From positions 744,001 through 808,000 of the forward strand of contig OX337234.1 of NCBI GenBank assembly GCA_946965045.2: a stretch of DNA of 64,000 nucleotides, in the 5' to 3' direction. Positions 11,099-21,500 of this stretch are shown here, in pieces (the first letter of the stretch is position 1; each line of letters starts with the position of its first letter). The translations under genes and the position numbers were made by a program. The stretch is from Epithemia pelagica (Eukaryota > Protista > Bacillariophyta). The notes below the pieces were generated by a model. That model did not search any database. It was given only the letters and a program-made list of their open reading frames with translations, and was not told the DNA's origin.

Positions 11099-11160
11099 GA
11101 TGTCGGAGGATTTGGGAGATGTCGGATGATGTCGGATGATGTCGGAGGATGTCGGGGATG
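11099..11160 (+). repeat. tandem array of GATGTCGG (~10-bp period, 5 copies)
   Basis: Copies start at 11099, 11118, 11128, 11138 and 11148. Confidence 0.9.
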
Positions 11161-11310
11161 TTTGTTTATCGCCAAAAGAATCTTTACTCTCCAGCAGTTG
11201 GAATCCGTCAAGAGAAATCACACGGTCACATGTCAATTAATGACAGCAGGCCCATCTACTGAAAGATCACCGCTGGATTTTGAAACAAACCATGTTTCCG
11301 CGCGAGCCCG

Positions 11311-11374
11311 AAACGACATCAAACGACATCAAACAACATCAAACGACATACCAAACGACATACCAAACGACATT
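11311..11374 (+). repeat. tandem array of AAACGACAT(C/ACC) (10-12-bp period, 6 copies)
   Basis: Copies start at 11311, 11321, 11331, 11341, 11353 and 11365. The core CGACATC is the reverse complement of GATGTCG in the upstream array. Confidence 0.9.
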
Positions 11375-11727
11375 CCCGTTTGTTCCATACTGGAGAATGG
11401 AAAACCATATTCTATGGAATCATAATACGTGCTGTGTAATAATATCGATCCTAGTTTTTGGTTTCGTCCGTTGGGTATTGGTACAGATTAGGCCGTTCCT
11501 CGAGCACGACAAAACCAATTTGAAATCCTGACGTCACGGGGAATTTTCAAATTTGGCCCGTTTTGCCATCCTCGAGCACAACCAAAACAATAACGGCACT
11601 TCGCTCCATTTTGAATCCAATCCCTCCAAGACTCCGGTCATTCAACCGTAACACTTCTAAGACGAGAATACTATTTTTTTCAAAATACGACCAAGCACGC
11701 CGTTCCCAAGTTCTCCACTTTTTTGAC

Positions 11728-12573
11728 ATGAACCAATTTTCGTCTAACCAAAGGTTCCTTCTCATAATACGGACAACAATGGTTCCTTCGGCATTATCAA
11801 CTCCCAAGGCCTACCTCGTAAAGGAGGTCCAAGGTGTGATTGCATGGGTTATTCTCAATCACCTAAACACTCAAAATTCCATGACAAAGAATGACCTGCA
11901 AGAGCAGATGTTCATTCTGTATCATGGTATCACCAAAGACCCGAAGAAGATTGCTTTTTGTCGCCAGTGTGTTCATGGAGTGAGTGTGTTTGAGCACTTA
12001 TTCGTCCAACAGCCAGCAGACAACATTCAACGCTTGACAGGTAGTCCTACCTCACCTGTGCGTCTTCGGATCAACCCACGGCTCATTCCTGGTTTGGCTT
12101 CCCCGTTGTATATCGGAACTGGTCCAACGGCCGATATTCGATACGAGCACCTTGAAGTTGCTAGCCTTTCTCAGGCAAACAGTGACCGAAGGTCTCTTAT
12201 TTCAGGCAGGACATTGTTGCGTATGGCGATGAATGTTTCCAGGAACCTCAAGAACGTCCAGCCTATTGTCATGGGAATTCTTGGCCCAAACGGAGAGATG
12301 CCATCAGGAAAGAATGATGACGACTTTTTTACCGAATTGGCTAAGGCTGTTGTGGACATGAAAGCCAATGGTTTACTTGTGGATGTTGAAAAAGAGGAAG
12401 AAACAACCACAACCACGGCTGTGTCAACTGCCGAAACTCTAACTCAAGGTGTCCAGGCGGTTGCGAAAAAAAAAGATGCGGACTTGAAGACAAAATGGAG
12501 CTACAAGGCCATTCCTGCAGCAGGGTGGTTCACAGTTTGTCTATTCGTCAAAAATGGTATTCGAAGCTTGTGA
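11728..12573 (+). CDS. Harbinger second ORF (presumed DNA-binding partner protein)
   Basis: Open frame inside the TIRs, convergent with the transposase. First ATG at 11728. No Myb/SANT motif recognised by eye; start and end uncertain. Confidence 0.6.
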   Translation: MNQFSSNQRFLLIIRTTMVPSALSTPKAYLVKEVQGVIAWVILNHLNTQNSMTKNDLQEQMFILYHGITKDPKKIAFCRQCVHGVSVFEHLFVQQPADNIQRLTGSPTSPVRLRINPRLIPGLASPLYIGTGPTADIRYEHLEVASLSQANSDRRSLISGRTLLRMAMNVSRNLKNVQPIVMGILGPNGEMPSGKNDDDFFTELAKAVVDMKANGLLVDVEKEEETTTTTAVSTAETLTQGVQAVAKKKDADLKTKWSYKAIPAAGWFTVCLFVKNGIRSL

Positions 12574-12810
12574 CTACCAACGGCACTCCTAGTATCCCAC
12601 CTTCCATTATCAAATCAAGTACAGAGTCGGTCACCTCCGATATCACTCCTCGCCGTATCAATGGTACTAAATCTGATGAATCCAACGAGAGCCAGGCACT
12701 CCAGCAAGAGACTTAAGGCCAATGCACTACATCATCTTCAAGAAGTACAACATATCAAACCAACAACAGCAACTAGAATTGTAAGAAATTATTTTAGTTT
12801 GTAATTAACA

Positions 12811-14475
12811 TCAATCTTTGATCGTTGACCATTGAACCATATTCGCTTCATAGAGAATTTCAAAGTGTTGTACCAGTTTTGACCTGAATAAACGGAGTGG
12901 TAGAAGACGTATTCGAATGTCTCCATTATTGTCTTTCGCATTCTCTATATATTCTTCATCCGACAATGCAGGCAGTGGAATTGTGTTTGTCTCTTCGTCG
13001 TTTTCCTCATTGTCCTCACCGTCTTGTTTGTCTTCAGGTGATGTTATGCGGTCATTTCCCACTCCCATTCCAGATGAATCATAGGATCCTACGTCATTTG
13101 GATTTTTTAGACGCCTTTGTATTCTATCATTTGCATTTTGCAGACGTCGTTGTATTGGTAAAGGAATGGCATTTTCAATGTCTTCAGAATCGAAGTGGCC
13201 AGAATCAGACAACCAGTCATCACCGTCATCAAAGCCATCATAATCCAAAAGAAGATTATGGAGTGCACAGCATGTTTTCCAAACATTGTCCACAGCTTCG
13301 ATGCCATGAAGACGTACACCTGCCTTCAACAAGCGAAATCTGCCTTTCATTATCCCAAAGGTGCATTCTACATCCTTTCGTAGTGATTCCAACCATTGAC
13401 TAAAGCGAATCTCCGAAAGGGAATCTGATGTCTTAATTGGAGGGACAGTGCACGACCAGTCCAAGTATCCATTATCAACCAGAAGCCAGGCTCCACGATA
13501 CTGGACCTCGTGCACTGTTCCATCGGTCTTCTTTTCTTTGAGATGAAACTTGTGGTTGTCTAATTCTTCGCTCCTGCCATACTTCAACATGGTTGCCATC
13601 TCGTCGTACTTTACGATAGTTTTATCGTTCCAACGGGCCGGGTGGCCATGTGTGGTTGATAAAATACGTCTTCTATGATTACTTACAATATTGTAAGTTC
13701 TTGCCGTTCCATGCAACTTGTGGCCATTGTGTTCCTGCTTCAAGTCGTGGAAAATTTTTTCCGCTAACACGTGGGTGGCATCCATGGAGCCGACGCACCC
13801 ACACATTCCAGCAACTTCATAGTCGTTGCATCTGGCTTCATCTGAAGTACCAGGGATGGAGACATACATCTTGAACAAAATTGAACCACCCCATTTAATG
13901 AAGGAATGGAAAAATTTCGGGTGTACCTCTTCGTCAACTCCAGTAGATTCTTCGAGATCGTCGAACGTCCAACCCCTACCAAGGTAACGTAGTGCTCCGA
14001 GTAAAAATAGTTCTATGGGCGCCGAATTGAAATGGGCCGCTTCTTGATGTGGCGTCCCACCAGTCCAACGTCCAAAATATTCTGCATATTGGGGTTCCTT
14101 CAACATGGAGACAAGTTGAAAAAAAGAAGCATAGGGAACACGGAAGCGCAATCTAAATTTCCGAAGCCACTTGTTGTTGTCTGGTTGTGGATTCTGGATG
14201 TAGGCTTGGTACCACGGAGATAGGGTAGGTGTCATCTGCACGACATTGCCATTTTCATCACGTACAAACATGGTAGCTTTCTTGGAACGCGATGGCCTTG
14301 ATCTAGCATTGCTGCAGGTCTGTGAGTTGGTTGAAGGAGGGTCAGGATCGTCATCAGCACATGCTAGAACTGCAGTAGCAGCTGCCAAATAGGATAAGAA
14401 GTCTTCTAATCTTCTCCTTTTTTCTTGCCTTTCTTTGGCGGAAGCGTCCGAGTCGTCACTGTCACTGTCGTCCAT
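12811..14475 (-). CDS. PIF/Harbinger DDE transposase (HARBI1/DDE_Tnp_4-like)
   Basis: 554 aa with GCVGSMDATH, LLVDNGY and RKDVECTFGIMKGRFRLL, so the D-D-E triad is intact. Confidence 0.93.
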   Translation of the reverse strand: MDDSDSDDSDASAKERQEKRRRLEDFLSYLAAATAVLACADDDPDPPSTNSQTCSNARSRPSRSKKATMFVRDENGNVVQMTPTLSPWYQAYIQNPQPDNNKWLRKFRLRFRVPYASFFQLVSMLKEPQYAEYFGRWTGGTPHQEAAHFNSAPIELFLLGALRYLGRGWTFDDLEESTGVDEEVHPKFFHSFIKWGGSILFKMYVSIPGTSDEARCNDYEVAGMCGCVGSMDATHVLAEKIFHDLKQEHNGHKLHGTARTYNIVSNHRRRILSTTHGHPARWNDKTIVKYDEMATMLKYGRSEELDNHKFHLKEKKTDGTVHEVQYRGAWLLVDNGYLDWSCTVPPIKTSDSLSEIRFSQWLESLRKDVECTFGIMKGRFRLLKAGVRLHGIEAVDNVWKTCCALHNLLLDYDGFDDGDDWLSDSGHFDSEDIENAIPLPIQRRLQNANDRIQRRLKNPNDVGSYDSSGMGVGNDRITSPEDKQDGEDNEENDEETNTIPLPALSDEEYIENAKDNNGDIRIRLLPLRLFRSKLVQHFEILYEANMVQWSTIKD

Positions 14476-14967
14476 GGTATTGAGTAACTGACGAAGCTAT
14501 CGGAACGAAAAGGACGAACTAAATGAGACAATAACACAATCCCTAATGTTATTTCAGGATTTGTCGGCCGACAAAAACTGAGCTCTGGATTTGTCGAACT
14601 GGAGGGTCGACAAAAACTGTGAGGTGAAATATGACGTCAAGATGATGTAAATTGATGACGTGTCACGTTTTCAGATTGGTTTTGTCGTGCTCGAGGAACA
14701 GCCTTATGCGACTCACGTGTATTTACCGGAAGTTTCAGAGATATGCACAATTACACCCTCGTAGCCTCCCCCGCTAGGGCGTGGAAGAGGATGGTTCGTG
14801 GTGATGCCGAGGAGTATTCCCCAGGGTGAGGGGTGAGTCCAGGTCGCTGTTGGGTAAGGATGTCTGGAAACGCGGCCGCCCATTCACTCTGTCAACCAAC
14901 TCCTCATTTTTTTTCCAACCACCCGGCCATCGTCTCTTCATACATTGAAACATTCTCTTGATCTGTG

Positions 14968-16797
14968 ATGATCCAATCTACGGCAGAACGACCCCCGAAG
15001 AGAATCAGACTTGGTATTTTCACCCCTTTTGTTGCGACTGGCGCCGTTTCCGCAAGCAGATCGTCTGCAGTTGCGGAAACGGAATACTTGGCCAAATTGA
15101 CGCTGCAAGAAGTCGAAACAGACGAGATATTTTTCCCAGGGGAAGGCAGAGGTCATCCAGATCAAATTGCTATCGGTAAAAATGTCGAGAATGCCTTACA
15201 AAGGTCATGGTACAAAGAGGAGGCGCTGCGCAATGCTGTTTATACAGACCTCATCCTAAACCACGGAATTTCGTTTCCCGAATCCTCATATCACTGGGCG
15301 GGAGAGAGGAAGCTACGCTCTTTAACGAAAGCGGATCAGCGGTACAAAGAATGTGATCTAGCGCATATCTTGCTCGAGTTTCACCAACAACTCACAGGGG
15401 CCGACGCGTCACTGCCGATCACTAGACTACTGCACGGACTCAACGTTACGACTTCATCTCTCCCGGATATGACTATTCTGAAAGAGAATTGTCTCTGCTT
15501 TGGAGAATTCAAAAATAGTAACAAGTACACGAATGAGAGCGCCGCGAAGCAGTGCACACTCTATCTCTTTGCTTTGATCTATTTTTTCCGAGTTCGGCTG
15601 GGATTAGATGTCAAGGCAGTCTTTGGGTTTTGGGTTTGTGGGCCTGGTTGTTTCACAAGAACCAAGGAGTATTCCGTTGGCTTCATCCGATTGTCCGCGC
15701 CGGAGCACTTGGGAGATTCTCTTGTTCCGCAGGTTTACTCAAGCTCTCACTGCGTCAAAAGCGTGGCTGGCATTCAACAGCTTGTCAGTTTCCTAAAATT
15801 TGGCAACGCTATTGAGGCAACTCGACTAAAAGCTGTTCACGCAGACTGCCGTATCCCTGCTCTCCTTTCACTTCCCAGAAAGCTATGGGAATCCCCATTG
15901 CTCGTATCAAATGGAACAGCATCCATGGTGTTCAGAGGTTTTGGAGCAGACATGCTCAGCCTACTATTACAGATCAAACGGTCGATTCCATTGTTCAAGT
16001 TCTACGTTTCATCGGTAAAGGAATTCGTGAACAGCAAAGCTGATGGGTCCATTTTCTTCCTCAAGATACGTTTGAAGGATACGACTTTGCGCGAAAATCC
16101 GGCGTCAACAGTAATGGTGCTTTTGAACGAGAAGGCGGACTTTTTTCGAGAAATGTTTCCAATTGATCCGACTGGTGATGGGAATTGTGGAATAATTTTG
16201 ATGAACAATTGCGGTGATCGCCTCGGTGATTCGGCAGCTCTTCGAAACTTGGGTTTTCGTGCTTTCTGCACCCGCTTCGCAGTTCTTTGGCAGAAGACCA
16301 TTGCGATATCGGATGCCGTGCTGCACGGAGATTCTCTGCCTCATAACATTGTCTACAATGCAGGCAGTGGAATATTGGTTCTCATTGATTACGATGAAGG
16401 AATTGTTGGTAGTAGCGCTCACAAAAGAATCGTGGAGGAAGACGAAGAGACGCTATTTCCATACTTGCGCTACCCCAATTTTCTACGGGCATGGAGAAAC
16501 AGACAACTTTATACTAAAGTCCAATTGGTCGCATCATTTTTGCTGCTGCAAACCCAGATGTTTCCAGTAGCCGATGCCGTTGGCAGCATCGAGGGCACAT
16601 CCGCCGGAATACCTGGAGTTGCCGAACCGTACATAACTCAAATTGTAAACCTGCACGAGGCGGCCAAAACAGCAAACTCGTTCCTCAAGTGTACTAATGA
16701 CGATGACCCAATGAACGCACGTGGTGTCAAGGTTGCCGAGAGCGTGTACCTACTAGTGGAGCTTTTTCAGGCAACAATGGCCTTGTTTGACGACTGA
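14968..16797 (+). CDS. PD-(D/E)xK restriction-endonuclease-fold domain fused to a C-terminal protein-kinase-like domain (CR/Crinkler-effector-like architecture)
   Basis: LPDMTILKENCLCFGEFKN gives PD...ExK. Kinase motifs: NGTASMVFRG (Gly loop), FFLKIR, LHGDSLPHNIV, LIDYDEG. First ATG at 14968. Confidence 0.7.
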   Translation: MIQSTAERPPKRIRLGIFTPFVATGAVSASRSSAVAETEYLAKLTLQEVETDEIFFPGEGRGHPDQIAIGKNVENALQRSWYKEEALRNAVYTDLILNHGISFPESSYHWAGERKLRSLTKADQRYKECDLAHILLEFHQQLTGADASLPITRLLHGLNVTTSSLPDMTILKENCLCFGEFKNSNKYTNESAAKQCTLYLFALIYFFRVRLGLDVKAVFGFWVCGPGCFTRTKEYSVGFIRLSAPEHLGDSLVPQVYSSSHCVKSVAGIQQLVSFLKFGNAIEATRLKAVHADCRIPALLSLPRKLWESPLLVSNGTASMVFRGFGADMLSLLLQIKRSIPLFKFYVSSVKEFVNSKADGSIFFLKIRLKDTTLRENPASTVMVLLNEKADFFREMFPIDPTGDGNCGIILMNNCGDRLGDSAALRNLGFRAFCTRFAVLWQKTIAISDAVLHGDSLPHNIVYNAGSGILVLIDYDEGIVGSSAHKRIVEEDEETLFPYLRYPNFLRAWRNRQLYTKVQLVASFLLLQTQMFPVADAVGSIEGTSAGIPGVAEPYITQIVNLHEAAKTANSFLKCTNDDDPMNARGVKVAESVYLLVELFQATMALFDD

Positions 16798-17101
16798 CCT
16801 GTGGACCTCCACGACGTAGATCAATCCTCAATAGTTCATGAGCTAGACGTGCAACTTTTGCCTTTTGATGAACGAAAACAGTTCAGGCAACTGTAACATC
16901 GGCTATGCAAATCCAATCTCGCCAATCGAATCGATGACAGGTGCACCAATACTCAACCCAATTCCTGTCTGCATCCGAGTGTCTTGAACACCATCATTCC
17001 AGGAACCCACCGAGTCACAGGTTGTCGTTTTGAATGCTAGCGCATTGTGGTCCACAATGTGACACTAAAACCCCAATACCCAGAGCCCGCTTCCATATCG
17101 A

Positions 17102-17436
17102 TTAGGTAACAGGATTGTTGTTGGTTGAGTGGTCAGGACTGGATGCGGTCGGATGGACGACACTGGCTGCCAGTTCCCCCTCTTTAATGGAATGCCTTGT
17201 CGTCGTCGTTGTTGTTGTTGCTATGGATGATGATGTGGTGGTTCGAAACAGCCAGGTACCACCCTCACCACCCGCCATGGTGGCCATCCAACATCCAACC
17301 CATTGCACAGGGAAATGCCCCACAAGACGTGGAGTGGCAAGGATTTACCAGCCAGACCCACCGACAAAGCCGCGACGAAATTATCTGTCGAGGAGGCCGA
17401 TGCCAACAGCAAGGCATGGAAGTGATGATGATACAT
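17102..17436 (-). pseudogene. possible MntP/YtaF-like membrane-protein fragment, frameshifted
   Basis: LLLASASSTDNFVAALSVGLAGKSLP...ISLCNGL resembles the first helix of the MntP/YtaF family. It continues plausibly only in another frame (CWMATMAGGEGGTWLF) and then decays into microsatellites. Confidence 0.3.
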
Positions 17437-17654
17437 GATACGGATCCAACAGCATCCCTCGTCCGATGTCAGGAGCGGAAGGAGTAAGGTACTCTCTAGA
17501 TAGACTCTAGGTAGTAAACAGAGACCCTTAGACTACTCCCAAGCAGGAGGGAGTCGCACATGAGTCGAACTCTCGATGCTCTCATTTTTGGGTCATTTCG
17601 CACATCGTGGCTTCCTTCGTTCCGTCCTCGTCGTCCTCCTCTTATTATTGGACC

Positions 17655-18564
17655 ATGACATGGGGACGGTTTCCTCCTCGTCGAGGCCGAAAGTCCTTGA
17701 ACAGCAATGCTACATCTTCTTCTTCTTCTTCTTCTTCTTCTTGTTGGAGTACTATTACTACGAGACGACTGTCATCGACTCAAGTGTTGTTGGTCCTGGT
17801 GTTGATTCCAGCCCTTCTCTTGACGGTTGTTTCGGTGCACCTCCTGGAGGATCCCCCGAATGTCAATCCTCCAATCCAACCAACCACCCCATCACCACAC
17901 TCCTCGTCGTCGTCGTCGTCGTGTGTCTCCGAGCCTGTGGTGATTTCCAATCATACCCAACGCTTGACGCAACGTCCCTGTCAACCCATTACGGTGGCCT
18001 ATGCCATTTCTCTCATCAAGGTACGTATAAGGTTGGAACGGGACCTATGGTTTGGTCCATGCGGCCGTGTGTGGCACTCTCTCATGGGACAAACTCTCCT
18101 CTCCCCCTCTCCTGTTGCTCCACATGCATTTGTGGTTGGTTGGTTTGTGATGGGCCTCGTTTGGTTCATACACTTGCGCGCGTTTGGTTGGAACAATGGC
18201 TTTGGTTGTGTTCCTTTTGTTGGTTGAATGGTTGGTTGAAATGGTTGTGGATTCTATGATTATTCTATAGTGCGGCGACTTTCAATCGACTCCGGAAGGC
18301 TTGGTGGATGCGGCCTTGGTGATGCGACATTCGATTCATCAGACCAGTTCCCGGGTGGGAGCTTCCCTGTACGATTATAACATGTATGCCTTGATTCATC
18401 CCGATGCCGTGCCGTGCAGTTCTGTCTTGAAAGATGCCGGCTTTGAGCTCATTGTCAAGCCCCGACCCGTGGAAGTATCCGAAATTCGGGGAAGTGACTT
18501 AAGGCGGACCATTCACAAGGAATGGTGTTGTGGACACGATGAATTCATCAAACTCTATGCTCTC
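17655..18564 (+). pseudogene. 5' part of a type II membrane glycosyltransferase (GT8/glycogenin-like), truncated
   Basis: N-terminal TM helix (VLLVLVLIPALLLTVVSV). Phase-0 intron GTACGT...CTATAG at 18021-18270 joins PITVAYAISLIK to CGDFQSTPEGLVDAALV. Similarity ends at WCCGHDEFIKLYA, before any DxD motif. Confidence 0.6.
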
Positions 18565-21500
18565 GTAATTCCTAAAGATCACAATTTTTATACCGTGCTA
18601 TTTTACATGGGTATGGCACTCTGATCAGAAGCTCCAAAACTTCCCCCAACACTCTTTCACCATAACCACCTGCCGTTCTTTGGCCGATCCTCGTTGATCT
18701 TATCATCCTTTGATTCCTTTCCTTTTCTTTCTTTTGCGGTCTCATCATGAGCACAGGATCTTCCCTCGTCTCCCTTGCGGATGTTCAACGCTTCCAAAAG
18801 CGCTTCGATCAAGCCTCGGCTTCAGATTCTTCCTCTGCTCTTTCCACCCTCAAGTTGAAAGACGACGACGATGACAAGTACTACGTCCGTCTCTTGCCAT
18901 TCCGAGATGGCGTGGATGAAGAGCCCTCGAATCTCTTCCTGTGGGTCCTCCATTTTGTTGACAAGGTCAAGATCTCCGGTCATCCAGAGCCCTTTGCTGC
19001 CTGCTGCACCTACTTTCCCCGTGTTACCACAAGTCTCGTAGCGGACAAGTTTCATGATGCATTCCAGGCCTTGCCTGATGGCGCCGACCTCGATGAGGCG
19101 TGTTTCAAACGGTTGATTGCTACGATCTTCGAACCCAAGTTGACGGTTTCCGAAGTCAATGCCTTTCGGGCACACCTTCTTAGCGGTCCTCGCAAGCCAC
19201 CTGATATGAACGTGGATATCCATTATCACACCCTCCAGAAGATTTCCAACGGTCTCCGTTACTTGTCTAACGACAACGCTGTCCAAGCCCTCACTGACAA
19301 TGAGTTGAAGCAAGCCTTCTATCTCGGCTCCCCTGTTGCTTGGCGCAACGAGTTCAAGACGGCCAATCCCTTGGTTGCAGATTTGGTGAATCATTTCAAC
19401 ATCACCGACCTTCTTCATGCGATGCGTGGCTATCAAAAGGTCTCCCAAGAAAAGATGGCTGCCAATGCACAGTCCCAGGCCAAGTCCCGCAATCCTCGCG
19501 ATGATTCCACTTCTCGTGGTTCCACGAAGCGTTTTCGCTCCTCTAATGGTGGCCGTGGCGGTCTCCGTGGCGGCAATCGCCAGCCCAATGGTGGACGCCA
19601 AGCATCCGGTGATCGTCCCGTCAATGACGGTGATGCCTGTCCGTACAAGGACGCGATTCCTTCGCATGCCAATCATACATGGGCCAACTGCATCTACAAC
19701 CCGCAGTCCTCCAATTTTAACCAAGAGCGTTTCAACGCCTTTCTTGCCCGTACCGGGTCTGGTCTTCGGACCCCTACTGGGTCTCACCCCAACAATGGTT
19801 CTCAGAACCAAGGCCGTAACGGCCAAGGCTCTCGTAGCCAGGGAACTCCCTCGTCTGGAGGATTGCGCCCTATTGGTTCCAGTTGGGGCGCTGTTCCCCG
19901 TCGTCCTGGATCTGGCTCAGACCAGCATGCCTCTGAAGGCACCAACACAGGCGACAATCCACCGGTTGATCCGTCGTTGGCCGAGCCGTTGCCTTCTGTG
20001 CAAGACGCGGCTCATCGTGCTCGTCAACGTCCTCTCGCCGATACTCGTGATTGGTCGAGTCTCCGCAATGCCGATCGAACGGTCCCCGGTATGTGCTCTT
20101 CTTCCTTTTTTACCTCATCCTCTCCGGATGTTTCTCATCATCTTGATGTTCTTTTTGCTCAGCAATGTCACATCCAGACTGGCCCTCCACAGGCTATGCC
20201 GGCCGAGAATGCCATCCTCAGGCCCCAATTCTCGAGGTCCGCGAACAATTGTTCAAGATCTACGGGCGTAACATGGATATCGCCCACATCTACGACCTGT
20301 CCTCCCCTGGAGGCAACGACGAATACCTTCGCTTCCCCTTGTCTTGAAAACTGTCCCAATCCTACGGATGCTGTCATCGCTGACATCGTTGATCCCAACA
20401 ATGGTTTTTTATCTAACCTAGATCACTATGAAGATGTCTACTCATCTCGTTCTGTCTCTGACATTCCTAGTCTATCTAGTCCCCTTTCGGTCGCTCCCTC
20501 TGAGCCTCCGTCTGTTCCCCTCACCATTTTGATGGCTCGTTCCATTGGTGGAGTCGAGAACACCGTCCCGTTGCGTGCCCTGCTCGATTCAGGCGCCGAC
20601 AAAACGATCCTGCACGCGCGCTGTCTTCAGCCCGGCATGCATCCACGTGTAACCAATCGGTCTGTCAATACCACCATGGGTACGCGCGACCACGTCTCCG
20701 AGATTCTTCTCGAAGATTTGGTTCTCCCCGAGTTTTCTCGGACCAAACACATTTCATACCCCCTCTGGGCCGATATCTTTGATGCCCCCACTTGTCGTTA
20801 TGACATCATTATTGGTCGCGATCTTTTGCGTCGCTTGGGCATTGTGCTCAACTTTCACACTGGTCTCACAACTTGGGACTCCGTTGATGTCGCTATGCGC
20901 CATCGCGATTCATTCGCCACTGACCAGACATTCATGTCGCATTTCATCGACATCTTTGCCGACGATTCCATTATTGGTGATCAATTCCTCTTGGATTCGA
21001 ACTACGTTCCTACGGATCTACAAGATCTGATTGACAAACAACATCATCTTACCGATGCCCAAAAACAAGATTTTCTTGCTATTTGGCAAGACTGTGGCAA
21101 AATCTTCGATGGCGAGCTCCGTGAATATCCGGACCGAACGCTCCATCTTCATCTCAAGCCTGATGCCCAGCCTGTCCATCATCGTCACTTTTCAGTGCCT
21201 CGCAATATACATGATACTTTCACGAAGGAGCTGTGGCGCTTCGTCGACATCGGTATCCTTGAGCGCGTCGGTTCTACCGAATGGGCTGCTCCTCACTTTG
21301 CCATTCCCAAAAAGGATGGTCGTATCCGAATGATTTCGGACTTTCGTTCTTTGAACGCCCAACTCTACCGTCGGGTCTACCCCTTTCCTCGTATCGAGGA
21401 CATGCTCCGTAAACGGAAAGGCTACATTTTTTTTACAAAGTTAGACATCTCCATGTGTTTTTACACCTTCCGCCTCGATGAGGAATCCAGCAATCTCTGC

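Larger units (their letters stand above)
11491..14703. mobile_element. PIF/Harbinger DNA transposon, full length (3,213 bp)
   Basis: 35-bp TIRs at 11491-11525 (GGCCGTTCCTCGAGCACGACAAAACCAATTTGAAA) and 14669-14703 with 2 mismatches. TTA TSD at 11488-11490 and 14704-14706. Two convergent ORFs, one a Harbinger-type DDE transposase. Confidence 0.95.

Noticed and set aside
11099-11374. CRISPR-like array
   Set aside because: The repeats are 10-12 bp with no unique spacers, there are no cas genes, and the context is eukaryotic.
17933-17970. CGDFQS peptide encoded off-frame in GT8 exon 1, echoing the start of exon 2
   Set aside because: Only six codons, out of frame with the gene and with no further alignment. 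Treated as coincidence.
18565-18625. Remnant gypsy 5' LTR end (…TTTTACA) and PBS (TGG…)
   Set aside because: Only ~40 bp, with no second LTR to compare and no tRNA match I can name.
18822-19826. 334-aa antisense ORF over the gypsy gag
   Set aside because: A shadow ORF of a GC-rich coding strand with no recognisable motifs. The same applies to most short ORFs overlapping the TEs and peptidase genes.
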